Shown: positions 49,058 to 59,823, numbered from the stretch's first letter. The stretch is DNA of 64,000 nt from Reclinomonas americana ATCC 50394 (GCA_048213135.1 PS015010.1:806001-870000), one strand, 5' to 3'. Translations and numbers: made by a program. Notes: generated from the sequence alone by a model not told the origin.

Positions 49058-51928
49058 ATGAAGTGGCTGACCATCTTTTTACTGGTAACGCAAAACGCAT
49101 GGGCGCAGCAACTCCGGTTCGACAGGTATGATGCCACCACCGGGCTGGTTAGTAACGAGATCAGCCGTATGGTGCAGGGGCCGGATGGGGTCATGTATTT
49201 CGGTACGCCCAACGGGCTGAGTTGTTATGATGGCGGTGGCTTCTTCAATTACAATGGTGGCAATGGTTTTACGGAAGGATTTATCAATCATATCCAGGTT
49301 GCCGGTAAAGACAGCATACTCATCTTCCCGTCATCGGCCTGTTATTACATTTTGAAGGGGCACCAGCTGACAAAACGATCGCTTCCTGTCAGTAGCTACA
49401 TCCGCAGTCTTTGTCCCAATGGCGAACAAGGTTATTATGCCGCCACCCGTGAAGGGCTTTTTACTTTCAGCAATGGACAGATGCAGCGTCTGCCTGTTTA
49501 TAAAGACGATCCGCAACCGGGTGTAATGAAAGTGATACCCTGGCGGGATAGTTTGATCGTAATAGGCAGGGCAGGGAAGTCGCTCGACGTGTTCAACCGC
49601 TGCAACTGGAAAAAGATCGCTTCCTATCCTAAATTATATGTGAGGGATCTTTGTGCTGATGGTAAGGGTAATGTGTGGATCGCATCTATCGGAGAAGGGG
49701 TGCAATGTCTTTCGCCGGCATCTGTACAGGGAGATAACATTGTTTTTGCATCGTTACCAGATGTGCTGAAGCCCTTTTCCGGGCAGGAATTCAGGAGTAT
49801 TGTCACCGACAGGCAGGGCAACCTCTGGATGTCAACCATCAGTTCCGGTATACTTTGCTATAACCCGGGTCAAAATAGTTTCAGGCAGATCAGCACTTCC
49901 AATGGGTTAACCGGCAATACCGTTTTTTGTTTGTACACCGACCGGGAAGATAATCTCTGGATCGGCACCAATAACGGTTTGCAGAAACTCGTGCACAAGG
50001 ACTGGCTTTCCTGGTCTTCAAGAGAAGGGTTGCCTGCCGACCTGGTGCTGGACATTCATCGTAGCGGGACTTATACCTATACAACCGGCTATTATGGTTT
50101 AGGGATCGCGAAAACCAATACGCCCATGCGATCATGGAATCCATTAACCGGCGGTGATTATTTTTCGCAGTTCCTGCAACAGGGAAATACAACCTGGCTT
50201 TTTGCTGAAGAAAAATTGTGGCAAATCAATACTGGCGACGGCAGTTTAAATCCAATAAAAAAGTATGACCTGCGCAAAACGTATACGTTCGCGTTGGTAC
50301 AGGATGATAAAAATATTTTTCTCGCCGGGGATAGCGGCATCGCCCTTTTCGGGGAAGATGGCAGTGAAGCAGTATTGACAAAAGAGCCTGCACATGTGAT
50401 TGCCACGAAAGGCAACCAGCTGTATGCGGCGGGTCCGGATAATATGTACCGCATCTACGACCTGCAGGGTACAGGTACAGCAACCCTGCTCACCAGGACA
50501 AAAGAAATACAATTGGGGGAGATAGGTAAAGTTGATGAATTGTTCACTCTTGTCCCGGTGCCTGGTGGTAGCATGGCCTGTGGCAGTGCGCAACAGGGCA
50601 TTTTTATTATTTCCGGTGATGGTAAAGTGCGCAATATTACAATGAAAGACGGGCTCGGCAGCAATAGTGTAAGGGCTATGTTGTGGTTGAATGACACGGT
50701 TTTGCTGGCAGGCACCGGCGCGGGGATCGATCGCATCATCTTTGGCAGAAATGGTAAATTGGTGGTGAAGAATTCTTCCGCTTATTATGGTTTTTCTTCA
50801 GGGGTCTATTGTTTGCGGAAAGATGAAACGGGCGGGCTGCTGGCAGGCACCGAATCGGGGTTGATCAGTATCAGTAAAGCTGACCTGGTGTATGAGGTGA
50901 AGCCATATGCGCCGGTGATCATTTCTTCTTTTTCATTGCTTAACGGAGGAACCAGCCTGGTAGGTGTGCCGGCAGTCATTGATCTTGATCATAACCAGAA
51001 TGGTTTTGAGGTCCGGTTTGCGAGCCCCTCCTTCATCAACGAAAGAGCCACGCGGTACAGTTACTGGCTGAAAGGCAGCGGGCAGAAGGACTGGAGCCGG
51101 CCGTCGGCAGATCATGTGCTGACTTTTTCAGGATTAGCACCCGGGCGGTATACACTGATGGTAAAAGTTGCCGATGACGCGGAAGGCAAAATAACGAGCC
51201 TCGATATCTGTATACGTCCTCCTTTCTGGCAGCGTTGGTGGTTCTATGGTTTGGCAGTTCTCACTGTGCTGGCACTGGGTTATGCGCTTTACCGGTACAG
51301 GGTAAAACAATTATTCAGGGTGGAAAAAATGCGGCAGAAAATATCTTCCGATCTGCATGATGACATCGGCGCTACACTTACCGGCGTAAGTTTTCTGACG
51401 GAACTGGCCCGTTCTGGAACGATTACTGAAGACACCCGTGATCAGTACCTCGCCAAAGCATCGGAACAAACACGCAACATTTCTGAAAGGCTGGCCGATA
51501 TTGTGTGGAGCATCAACCCGGGCTATGATAAACTCGATATCCTGTTGTATAAAATGCGCCGTTACGCGGGAGAGTTACTGGAAAGTAAGGGCATCAATTA
51601 CCAGGTCAATTTTCCTGAAACCGTGGATGATATCAAGCTGGGCATGGAAAGCCGGCAGCACCTGTATCTTATTTTTAAAGAAGCGCTGAATAATATCGTG
51701 AAGTACGCTTTTGCAACGCAGGTATCCGTTACCGTTACTGTCGAACGGAAAGAACTGGTGATGGTGATTGGCGATAACGGCACTGGTTTCGATGAACAAA
51801 AAACCGTCATGGGAAATGGGATTGCCAATATGAAACACCGGGCGGCATTGGCAGGAGGGAGTTGTACGGTTGTTTCTTCGCCGGGTGCAGGTACGGAGGT
51901 GAGGGCGGCGTTTCCGGTAGGTCATTGA
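49058..51928 (+). CDS. Sensor histidine kinase (periplasmic beta-propeller, Y_Y_Y domain, HisKA_3)
   Basis: DGLxxN propeller repeats, LAPGRYTL, PPFWQRWWF, ISSDLHDDIG, KEALNNIVKY, DNGTGF, GNGIANM. Confidence 0.93.
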   Translation: MKWLTIFLLVTQNAWAQQLRFDRYDATTGLVSNEISRMVQGPDGVMYFGTPNGLSCYDGGGFFNYNGGNGFTEGFINHIQVAGKDSILIFPSSACYYILKGHQLTKRSLPVSSYIRSLCPNGEQGYYAATREGLFTFSNGQMQRLPVYKDDPQPGVMKVIPWRDSLIVIGRAGKSLDVFNRCNWKKIASYPKLYVRDLCADGKGNVWIASIGEGVQCLSPASVQGDNIVFASLPDVLKPFSGQEFRSIVTDRQGNLWMSTISSGILCYNPGQNSFRQISTSNGLTGNTVFCLYTDREDNLWIGTNNGLQKLVHKDWLSWSSREGLPADLVLDIHRSGTYTYTTGYYGLGIAKTNTPMRSWNPLTGGDYFSQFLQQGNTTWLFAEEKLWQINTGDGSLNPIKKYDLRKTYTFALVQDDKNIFLAGDSGIALFGEDGSEAVLTKEPAHVIATKGNQLYAAGPDNMYRIYDLQGTGTATLLTRTKEIQLGEIGKVDELFTLVPVPGGSMACGSAQQGIFIISGDGKVRNITMKDGLGSNSVRAMLWLNDTVLLAGTGAGIDRIIFGRNGKLVVKNSSAYYGFSSGVYCLRKDETGGLLAGTESGLISISKADLVYEVKPYAPVIISSFSLLNGGTSLVGVPAVIDLDHNQNGFEVRFASPSFINERATRYSYWLKGSGQKDWSRPSADHVLTFSGLAPGRYTLMVKVADDAEGKITSLDICIRPPFWQRWWFYGLAVLTVLALGYALYRYRVKQLFRVEKMRQKISSDLHDDIGATLTGVSFLTELARSGTITEDTRDQYLAKASEQTRNISERLADIVWSINPGYDKLDILLYKMRRYAGELLESKGINYQVNFPETVDDIKLGMESRQHLYLIFKEALNNIVKYAFATQVSVTVTVERKELVMVIGDNGTGFDEQKTVMGNGIANMKHRAALAGGSCTVVSSPGAGTEVRAAFPVGH

Positions 51929-52056
51929 ATATTTAAAATTGATTATTGACCACTTAAAATAGATGTGCGAATGTGTAAATGTGTGAGTATGCGAATGAAC
52001 ACTCTTCCTGGTTAAACACATTCATAATCCATAATTCATCATTAATAATTACCGTC

Positions 52057-52692
52057 ATGAAAAAGATCCGCTTATTGATTTATGAAGACAACGATGTTCT
52101 TCGCCAGTCTGTACTGCTCATGATGCAGGGTACGCCCGATATCCAGGTAATGGGCGCTTTCGGCAACTGCAGCGGGGTACGGGAACAGGTAAAGGAATGG
52201 CAACCGGATGTGGTGCTGATGGACATCGACATGCCGGGGCATAACGGTATCTATGGCACAGCCGTCATCAAGCAGCAATCGCCACACATCAATGTGCTGA
52301 TGTATACCGTTTTTGATGATGATGAAAAGTTGTTCGCGGCTCTGGAAGCCGGTGCCGACGGGTATTTGCTGAAGAACACATCCCCGCTTAAAGTATACGA
52401 AGCCGTAAAGGATGTGATCCTCGGCAGTGCACCTTTATCACCCGGCGTGGCGCAAAAAGTATTAAACGTATTTCACCAGCGACCATTAAAAAAGGAACCC
52501 GAGCAGGTTCTCACGGAAAGAGAGAAAGAGATACTTAATTATCTTGTCAAAGGCTATACCTACAAAAGTATTTCGGCGCAATGCGGCATCACACTGGACA
52601 CGGTGAAAACGCATATCAAAAATATCTATGCCAAATTACAGGTAAGCTCCGGGAAGGAAGCTGTGGCCAAAGTAATGAAGTATAATTTTTAA
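52057..52692 (+). CDS. NarL/FixJ family response regulator
   Basis: PDVVLMDIDMP, GADGYLLK, LTEREKEIL...TVKTHIKNIYAKL. Confidence 0.95.
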   Translation: MKKIRLLIYEDNDVLRQSVLLMMQGTPDIQVMGAFGNCSGVREQVKEWQPDVVLMDIDMPGHNGIYGTAVIKQQSPHINVLMYTVFDDDEKLFAALEAGADGYLLKNTSPLKVYEAVKDVILGSAPLSPGVAQKVLNVFHQRPLKKEPEQVLTEREKEILNYLVKGYTYKSISAQCGITLDTVKTHIKNIYAKLQVSSGKEAVAKVMKYNF

Positions 52693-52760
52693 CCGCTTTT
52701 TTACGCATCATTTGCTTTCCAAAGCATATTCCTTTTTAATTTTGCAGAAAAGAACACCCT

Positions 52761-53327
52761 CTGCAGGATATAGAACCATATTATAACTGGCGTCATATGT
52801 ATACCGCTGAAGAAGATGAAAAGTCTCCTTTCTTTGGCCGTACATACAGTGAATTTGAATTTTCCCAAACCGTTTACAACTATTATATCCACCCCCAGTG
52901 GGACGATTTTGGCAGCCGTACCCTGTATATGAAACTGCTGTTTGCCGATTACGAACAGAGTTATGCCATCATTGAACTCATCGGCGAATGGAATGATGCC
53001 ATAGAAAATGATATTATGACCCTCCGCCGCGATGTGACGGATGAGTTGTACAAAGAGGGCATCACCAAATTCATACTCATCGCCGAAAATGTACTCAACT
53101 TCCACAGCAGCGATGACCTGTATTATGAAGAGTGGCGTGACCAGTTGTCGGACGATGGCGGGTGGGTGGTCATCCTCAACATGCCAACACAGAGCCAGTA
53201 CGATTTTAAAAAAGCCAGGCTTACCCGTTATATCGAATTGATCGACTATCCGCAATGGCGGATCTTAAAACCTGAATTGCTCTTCCAGCAGATCGACAAT
53301 ACGATGCTGCGCAGGCTGGATGGCTGA
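52761..53327 (+). CDS. Conserved Bacteroidota hypothetical protein (possible CTG start at 52761; first ATG at 52797)
   Basis: YNYYIHPQWDDFGSRTLY, IGEWNDAIENDIM; frame open back to a stop at 52737. Confidence 0.8.
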   Translation: MQDIEPYYNWRHMYTAEEDEKSPFFGRTYSEFEFSQTVYNYYIHPQWDDFGSRTLYMKLLFADYEQSYAIIELIGEWNDAIENDIMTLRRDVTDELYKEGITKFILIAENVLNFHSSDDLYYEEWRDQLSDDGGWVVILNMPTQSQYDFKKARLTRYIELIDYPQWRILKPELLFQQIDNTMLRRLDG

Positions 53328-53412
53328 TTGTCACAAAAAAGTCCTTAAACCGGTTTTTTTAACAATCCTGTTGTATTTTTGTAAGACCAATATTAACTAC
53401 AACACCTTCTAT

Positions 53413-54132
53413 ATGACCTGGAAACAGTTTTTCACTTCTTCAATTGGAAAAAAATTCACGATGGGCCTCACCGGCCTCTTTCTGATCAGCTTCCTGGTCG
53501 TGCATGTTGGGCTCAATGCCATGATCTTCTTTAATGATGGCGGACAAACCTTCAACCACTGGGCGCATTTCATGGGGGCCAACCTCATCATCCGCACCAT
53601 GGAAATAGGCCTGTTCCTGTTCCTGATCCTGCACATCGTTCAGGGCCTCATGCTCTGGTCGCAGAACAATAAAGCCAGGCCCGTAAAATATGCAGTGAAC
53701 AATGCCGCTTCCAACAGTAAATGGTACAGCCGCAGTATGGGCCTGCTCGGTACACTCATACTCCTGTTCCTGGTGCTGCACTTATATCATTTCTGGACGC
53801 CTTCCCGTTTGGGTGGTGTGGGCAACATCCATTCCCTGCAGGAGACCGTACTGGTAGGGCAGGAGTACAACAACCAGCCGGTACACGACCTGTATGCCGA
53901 AATGGGCATCGTATTCCAGGACCTGTGGGTGGTGATCGTTTATGTGCTGGGTGTGATCTCCCTGTGCTGGCACCTCATACACGGCTTCCAGAGCGCTTTT
54001 CAAACATTCGGTATCAATCATAAAAGATATACACCCATCATTAAAGCGGCCGGCTGGGCTTACTCCATCATTGTATGCCTGCTTTTCGCGCTGATGCCGC
54101 TGGCCTTCTATTTCAAATGGATCGATTACTGA
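53413..54132 (+). CDS. sdhC: Succinate dehydrogenase/fumarate reductase cytochrome b subunit
   Basis: SSIGKKFTMGLTGLFL, conserved His residues, HGFQSAFQT; operon context. Confidence 0.93.
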   Translation: MTWKQFFTSSIGKKFTMGLTGLFLISFLVVHVGLNAMIFFNDGGQTFNHWAHFMGANLIIRTMEIGLFLFLILHIVQGLMLWSQNNKARPVKYAVNNAASNSKWYSRSMGLLGTLILLFLVLHLYHFWTPSRLGGVGNIHSLQETVLVGQEYNNQPVHDLYAEMGIVFQDLWVVIVYVLGVISLCWHLIHGFQSAFQTFGINHKRYTPIIKAAGWAYSIIVCLLFALMPLAFYFKWIDY

Positions 54133-54194
54133 TCTGTTGCAACACACAGGTGTATACCATTAACTGATTAACTCAAAAAATAACAGACCATCCC

Positions 54195-56171
54195 ATGGCT
54201 TTAGATTCTAAGATCCCACAGGGCGAAATGGAGAAAAAGTGGACCGATTACAAAGGACACGTAAAGCTCGTTAACCCCGCCAACAAACGTAAACTGGAGA
54301 TCATCGTTGTAGGCACCGGCCTGGCAGGTGCTTCGGCGGCCGCAGCACTCGGTGAAATGGGGTACAAGGTAAAAGCTTTCTGTTTCCAGGACAGCCCGCG
54401 CCGTGCACACAGCATCGCGGCACAGGGTGGTATCAATGCCGCCAAAAATTACCAGAACGACGGTGACAGTGTCTTCCGTCTTTTTTATGATACGGTAAAG
54501 GGCGGCGACTACCGTGCCCGCGAGGGTAACGTACACCGCCTGGCCGAAGTGAGCGCCGCCATCATCGACCAGTGTGTGGCACAGGGTGTTCCCTTCGCTC
54601 GTGAATACGGTGGCCTGCTCAGCAACCGCAGTTTTGGTGGTACACAGGTACAGCGTACTTTCTATGCAGCCGGGCAAACAGGTCAGCAACTCCTGCTGGG
54701 TGCCTACAGCGCGCTGGAAAGGCAGGTGGCCCTGGGCAACGTGGAAATGTACAGCCGCCACGAAATGCTCGACGTAGTGATGATTGATGGAAAGGCGAGA
54801 GGCATCATCGCCCGTGACCTGGTAAAAGGTAAACTCGAACGCCATTTCGGGCACGCGGTACTGCTGTGCTCCGGTGGTTATGGCAACGTTTTCTATTTAA
54901 GCACCAACGCCATGGGCAGTAATGTTACCGCCGCATGGAAAGCACATAAAAAGGGCGCCTTCTTCGGCAACCCCTGTTTTACACAAATTCACCCTACCTG
55001 TATCCCCGTTAGCGGCGATCACCAGAGCAAACTCACGCTTATGAGTGAGAGCCTGCGTAACGACGGACGCATATGGGTACCCAAGGCAAAAGACGACAAA
55101 CGCAAAGCTGCCGATATACCTGAAGAGGAAAGGGATTATTACCTGGAAAGAAGGTATCCCGCTTTCGGTAATCTCGTACCCCGCGACGTGGCTTCCCGTG
55201 CTGCCAAGGAAAGGTGCGACGCCGGTTATGGCGTGGGTACCACCAAAATGGCCGTTTACCTCGATTATGCCGATGCGATCAAACGTTATGGCAAGATAGA
55301 GGCCAACAAAGCCGGCAACCACAATGCCGATATGGACACCATCATCAAACTGGGTAAGGGGGTTGTGGAAGAAAAGTACGGCAACCTGTTCGAGATGTAT
55401 GAAAAGATCACCGGTGAAAATCCTTACGAAACACCGATGCGCATTTACCCCGCGGTGCACTACACCATGGGCGGACTGTGGGTGGATTACGAACTACAGA
55501 CCACCGTTCCAGGGCTGTATGCACTGGGTGAAGCCAACTTCAGCGATCATGGTGCCAACCGTTTGGGTGCATCAGCACTCATGCAGGGCCTGGCCGACGG
55601 CTATTTCGTGATACCTTATACCATTGGTAATTACCTGGCCGATGAGATCCGCACCGCGGCCATACCTACCACGCATCCTGCATTTGAAGAAACGGAAAAA
55701 GCGGTGAGCGACAGGATCAATGTGCTGATGAACATCAAAGGCAAACAAAGCGTGGAAAGCTTTCACAAACGACTGGGTAAGATCATGTGGGACAAATGCG
55801 GCATGGCCCGTAATGCGCAGGGACTACAGGAAGCCATCAAAGAGATACAGGACCTGAAAAAAGAATTCTGGAGCGACCTGCGTATACCCGGCGACATCAG
55901 CGAAATGAACCCCGAGCTCGACAAAGCCGGACGGGTAGCCGATTTCATTGAACTCGGCGAACTGATGTGCAGGGACGCCCTGAACAGGAATGAAAGCTGC
56001 GGCGGCCACTTCCGCGAGGAAAGCCAGACAGAGGACGGCGAAGCCAAACGCGACGATGATAATTTCAGTTATGTGGCGGCATGGGAATATAAAGGGGACA
56101 GCGACTGGATTCTGAACAAGGAAATACTGAATTTTGAGATCGTGAAACCAACGCAGCGCAGTTACAAATAA
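54195..56171 (+). CDS. sdhA: Succinate dehydrogenase/fumarate reductase flavoprotein subunit
   Basis: [39 protein letters not shown]. Confidence 0.97.
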   Translation: MALDSKIPQGEMEKKWTDYKGHVKLVNPANKRKLEIIVVGTGLAGASAAAALGEMGYKVKAFCFQDSPRRAHSIAAQGGINAAKNYQNDGDSVFRLFYDTVKGGDYRAREGNVHRLAEVSAAIIDQCVAQGVPFAREYGGLLSNRSFGGTQVQRTFYAAGQTGQQLLLGAYSALERQVALGNVEMYSRHEMLDVVMIDGKARGIIARDLVKGKLERHFGHAVLLCSGGYGNVFYLSTNAMGSNVTAAWKAHKKGAFFGNPCFTQIHPTCIPVSGDHQSKLTLMSESLRNDGRIWVPKAKDDKRKAADIPEEERDYYLERRYPAFGNLVPRDVASRAAKERCDAGYGVGTTKMAVYLDYADAIKRYGKIEANKAGNHNADMDTIIKLGKGVVEEKYGNLFEMYEKITGENPYETPMRIYPAVHYTMGGLWVDYELQTTVPGLYALGEANFSDHGANRLGASALMQGLADGYFVIPYTIGNYLADEIRTAAIPTTHPAFEETEKAVSDRINVLMNIKGKQSVESFHKRLGKIMWDKCGMARNAQGLQEAIKEIQDLKKEFWSDLRIPGDISEMNPELDKAGRVADFIELGELMCRDALNRNESCGGHFREESQTEDGEAKRDDDNFSYVAAWEYKGDSDWILNKEILNFEIVKPTQRSYK

Positions 56172-56200
56172 CCCATTAATCAACGCAACAAATTAGTTCT

Positions 56201-56965
56201 ATGGAACACTACAATATGAACCTCACGCTGAAAGTATGGCGTCAGAAGAACAGCAGCAGTACAGGTAATTTCGATAATTACCAGGTGAAGGATATTTCTT
56301 CGGAAATGTCTTTCCTCGAACTGTTTGATGTCCTCAATGAGCAGCTGATCGCGGAAGGAAAGGACCCCATCGCTTTTGATCACGATTGCCGTGAAGGTAT
56401 CTGCGGTGCCTGCAGCATGTACATTAATGGTAAAGCGCACGGCCCGTGGGAAAAGAACACCACCTGCCAGCTGCACATGCGTGCTTTCAAAGATGGAGAT
56501 ACTATTGTAGTGGAACCCTGGCGCAGCGTGGCTTTCCCGGTTATCAAAGACCTGATGGTGGACCGCACCGCGTTCGACCGTATCATACAGGCGGGTGGTT
56601 ATATTTCTGTCAACACCGGTAATGCGCAGGATGCCAACGCCCTGCCCATCGATAAAAAAGACGCCGACGAAGCCTTTATGGCGGCAGCCTGCATCGGTTG
56701 CGGCGCTTGCGTGGCGGCTTGCAAGAACGGCAGCGCCATGCTGTTTACCAGCGCAAAAATTTCACAACTCGCTTTACTGCCGCAGGGCCAGCCCGAAAGG
56801 GAATCGCGTGTGCTCAACATGGTAGCGCAAATGGATAAAGAAGGGTTCGGCAACTGTACCAACACCTATGCCTGCGAAGCAGAATGCCCGAAAGGTATTT
56901 CTGTCGCCAACATCGCCCGGATGAACAGGGAGTATATGAAAGCGGGGTTGAGTACGGAGCAATAA
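56201..56965 (+). CDS. sdhB: Succinate dehydrogenase/fumarate reductase iron-sulfur subunit
   Basis: [32 protein letters not shown]. Confidence 0.97.
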   Translation: MEHYNMNLTLKVWRQKNSSSTGNFDNYQVKDISSEMSFLELFDVLNEQLIAEGKDPIAFDHDCREGICGACSMYINGKAHGPWEKNTTCQLHMRAFKDGDTIVVEPWRSVAFPVIKDLMVDRTAFDRIIQAGGYISVNTGNAQDANALPIDKKDADEAFMAAACIGCGACVAACKNGSAMLFTSAKISQLALLPQGQPERESRVLNMVAQMDKEGFGNCTNTYACEAECPKGISVANIARMNREYMKAGLSTEQ

Positions 56966-56989
56966 TGAATATAGAATAACAACATATAG

Positions 56990-57013
56990 ATCCGGCCGCT
57001 GGCCGGATTTTTT
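56990..57013 (+). terminator. sdh operon terminator
   Basis: atccggcc-gct-ggccggat followed by a T run. Confidence 0.75.
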
Positions 57014-57059
57014 ATTACCGCAGAGAACAGGACTACGCAGAGGATGTTATCAGGATTTT

Positions 57060-57136
57060 ACATTCGCACATCCACATATCTGCACATCCACATATTCATT
57101 CATCCGCACATTCGCATATTCACACATCGCACATCC
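57060..57136. repeat. Degenerate 8-nt tandem array (TCGCACAT-type)
   Basis: tcgcacat ccacatat ctgcacat ccacatat tcattcat ccgcacat tcgcatat tcacacat. Confidence 0.85.
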
Positions 57137-57209
57137 AAAAGTTTTCATATAACAAAAATGCAACCATCACCGGTTGCATTTTTTCATATCCTGCCTGTAG
57201 TCCCTTGTA

Positions 57210-57956
57210 TTATGCGGTTTGTCCTCCGTCTACATTAAGTGTTGTACCGGTAATATAAGAAGCCTCCGGGCTGGCGAGGAAAGCCACAGCGGCGGCTACT
57301 TCTTCCACTTTGCCATAGCGGCCCAGCGGGACCTGTGATTTGATCGCGGCGGCAAAATCACCATTATCAGGGTTCATATCCGTATCGATAGGACCGGGCT
57401 GTACCGTATTCACGGTAATGCCTTTGGCACCGAGATCACGGGCCCAGCCGCGGCTGTAAGTAGCTACAGCAGCCTTGGTAGCCGCATAATCGGCCATACC
57501 CTGGAAGGGAACGGTATCGGCTACTGATGACCCGATGGAGATTACCCGTCCGCCAAAACCCAGGTACTTGGTGGCGGCCCTTACGGCTGCAGCCACACCA
57601 TTCACGTTTACGGCATATTGGCGGTCAAATGTGCTGATGTTATTATCGGGGCTGTCTACCGAGCCCATGGCAAATAAACCGGCATTGTTCACCAGGATGT
57701 CCAGTTGTCCCCAGCTCTTTACGGTTTGTTCCACTGCTGAAGCTATGGAAGCCGGGTCGCCGCTGTCGGCTTTAATGGCCAGGGCCTTGCCGCCGTCTTT
57801 TTCAATGGTGGTAACCAGTTCCGCTGCTTTTTCAGGAGAACTGATATAAGTGAAAGCTACGCTGGCGCCTTCTGCTGCCAGCCTTTTTACGATAGCGGCA
57901 CCTATACCACGGCTTCCGCCGGTTACCAGGGCCACTTTGTTGTTCAAGCGTGTCAT
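57210..57956 (-). CDS. SDR family oxidoreductase
   Basis: TGGSRGIG, NNAG, YAATK, QPGPIDTDMNP, VDGG. Confidence 0.93.
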   Translation of the reverse strand: MTRLNNKVALVTGGSRGIGAAIVKRLAAEGASVAFTYISSPEKAAELVTTIEKDGGKALAIKADSGDPASIASAVEQTVKSWGQLDILVNNAGLFAMGSVDSPDNNISTFDRQYAVNVNGVAAAVRAATKYLGFGGRVISIGSSVADTVPFQGMADYAATKAAVATYSRGWARDLGAKGITVNTVQPGPIDTDMNPDNGDFAAAIKSQVPLGRYGKVEEVAAAVAFLASPEASYITGTTLNVDGGQTA

Positions 57957-57992
57957 TGTCGTTGTTGTTTGATTGATTGTTTTTGATTGTTG

Positions 57993-58625
57993 TTAGTTGA
58001 ATTCAGTCAGGAGTTCGGATAAAGGCTTTCGCACTTTTTTCATTTTCAGCGACCAGTCATTCTCTGCGTCGCGGTAGCCCAAAGCCAGCAGGGTAGTGCT
58101 TTTCAGGCCTTTCGCAGAAAGGTTCAGCAGTTCGTCGAGTGCTTTAGGGTCAAAGCCTTCCATGGGTGTGGCATCCACTTCTTCAATGGCAGCCGATACA
58201 ATGGAGAAACCCAGCGCGATGGCGGCTTGTTTCTCCGCATGACGGAATTGCAGCTCCGGGCTTTTGGATGTGAGGTAAGCGATGGTATTCTGGCGGGCCA
58301 CTTCGGTAGCAGACGCGTCCAGGTTGCGTTCCCGGTTGTTCCTGTCAAATACCTCGTTGATGCGTTCCTCGGTGTAAGCATCCCAGGCGGCGAAGACCAG
58401 GACATGGGAAGCCTGGCCCACCTGGGGTTGGTTGAAAGCCACCGCCTTCAACTTTTCTTTGAGTTCCTTATTGCTGATGGAGAAGATCTCGAAAGGCTGG
58501 ATATTGGCTCCCGTAGGCGCCAGGCGGGCCGCTTCAATGATACGGTTCACTTTTTCCTGTGGCACCCTTTCACCGTTCATTTGCTTGGTGGCATAACGCC
58601 AGTTCAATGTGTCTATAAGGTTCAT
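57993..58625 (-). CDS. NAD(P)H-dependent nitroreductase (NfsB-like)
   Basis: WRYATK, LAPTGANIQP, DATPMEGFD, LALGYR, KKVRK. Confidence 0.92.
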   Translation of the reverse strand: MNLIDTLNWRYATKQMNGERVPQEKVNRIIEAARLAPTGANIQPFEIFSISNKELKEKLKAVAFNQPQVGQASHVLVFAAWDAYTEERINEVFDRNNRERNLDASATEVARQNTIAYLTSKSPELQFRHAEKQAAIALGFSIVSAAIEEVDATPMEGFDPKALDELLNLSAKGLKSTTLLALGYRDAENDWSLKMKKVRKPLSELLTEFN

Positions 58626-58765
58626 TCTCGTTGTTTTTTTGATGAGTAAGTAAAAAATCGTAACTTTGTTACTCAAAGATACTAACGTTAGTTACAAAAA
58701 GTTACTTAAAGCAAAAATACTGGTAACCCAGAGGTAACTAACGGGTGCATATAAATGGAATCTTT

Positions 58766-59143
58766 ATGACACACGAACTTTTTTTATCGACCAATTGCGC
58801 CATGACCCGCACCATGGCCATCCTGGGCACCAAATGGAAGCCCATCCTCATTTATACGATAGGAAAGAAGACGATGCGTTTCGGGCAATTGTCGGCCCAG
58901 GTGGAACTCATATCCCGTAAGGTGCTGACTGAACAGTTGAAAGAACTGGAAGACGATGGCATATTGGTGAGGCAGGCTTTCAGCGAAATACCGCCCCGCG
59001 TGGAATACCACCTCAGCGAGAAGGGCCTGGCCCTGTTGCCTATCCTGGAGGAGATGTGTACCTGGAACCGGAAATTCGATACCCGGGCTGAGGCCAATTG
59101 CAAGCTGGAAAAGGAAGCCCTGCTGAAAAAAAAGAAAGTGTAA
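58766..59143 (+). CDS. HxlR/DUF24 family winged-helix regulator
   Basis: N-terminal Cys, GTKWK, LTEQLKELEDDGI, EIPPRVEYHL; divergent from the nitroreductase. Confidence 0.92.
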   Translation: MTHELFLSTNCAMTRTMAILGTKWKPILIYTIGKKTMRFGQLSAQVELISRKVLTEQLKELEDDGILVRQAFSEIPPRVEYHLSEKGLALLPILEEMCTWNRKFDTRAEANCKLEKEALLKKKKV

Positions 59144-59207
59144 GGATTTTACCGGGAGAGGACAATCAAAATCCCGGGAAAAAACTAGATTTGTAAAAAA
59201 TACAGAT

Positions 59208-59684
59208 ATGAAGAAAACAATAGTATCCTTTGTTGTCCTTTTCTTTTCCGCGGCCATCGCTATGGCGCAGCCACCTGCCGGGCCGGTAAAAGTGGGCGAC
59301 AATTACGGCGCTGTTATCACTGCCGATAAAGCCATACCTACCGAAGACCTGCCGGGCCTGCTGAAAGGCGATAAACCTGTACAGGTAAAAGTAATGGGTA
59401 CCGTTACCGACGTATGCTCTAAAAAAGGCTGCTGGATGACACTGGAAACCCCGGATAAGACCAAGGTTTTCGTAAAAATGAAGGATTATGCTTTCTTCGT
59501 TCCCGTTGAACTCATCGGCAGGAGCGTAGTACTGGAAGGCGAAGCCAAAATGAAAGTAACTTCTGTTGAAGAACTGAAGCACTATGCACAGGATGCTAAA
59601 AAATCCAAAGAAGAGATTGCTGCCATCAAAGAGCCGGAAAAAGAGATCCGTTTCATGGCCAACGGTATTAAGGTGACACAATAA
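59208..59684 (+). CDS. DUF4920 family exported protein
   Basis: Signal peptide; VCSKKGCWM, KDYAFFVP, ELKHYAQDA. Confidence 0.88.
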   Translation: MKKTIVSFVVLFFSAAIAMAQPPAGPVKVGDNYGAVITADKAIPTEDLPGLLKGDKPVQVKVMGTVTDVCSKKGCWMTLETPDKTKVFVKMKDYAFFVPVELIGRSVVLEGEAKMKVTSVEELKHYAQDAKKSKEEIAAIKEPEKEIRFMANGIKVTQ

Positions 59685-59706
59685 ACCGGTACCGGTCAAT
59701 ATATTG

Positions 59707-59736
59707 AAAGGGTAAAGCAGGTCTTTACCCTTTTTT
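59707..59736 (+). terminator. Rho-independent terminator
   Basis: aaagggtaaag-caggt-ctttacccttt followed by a T run. Confidence 0.75.
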
Positions 59737-59823
59737 ATTGTCCTTCCCGTGTTTTGCGGCAGCATATAGCGGGTTTTACCCGTCTAGCCAATAAGTACTA
59801 TTTTTAGGTATTACTAATTCTAA

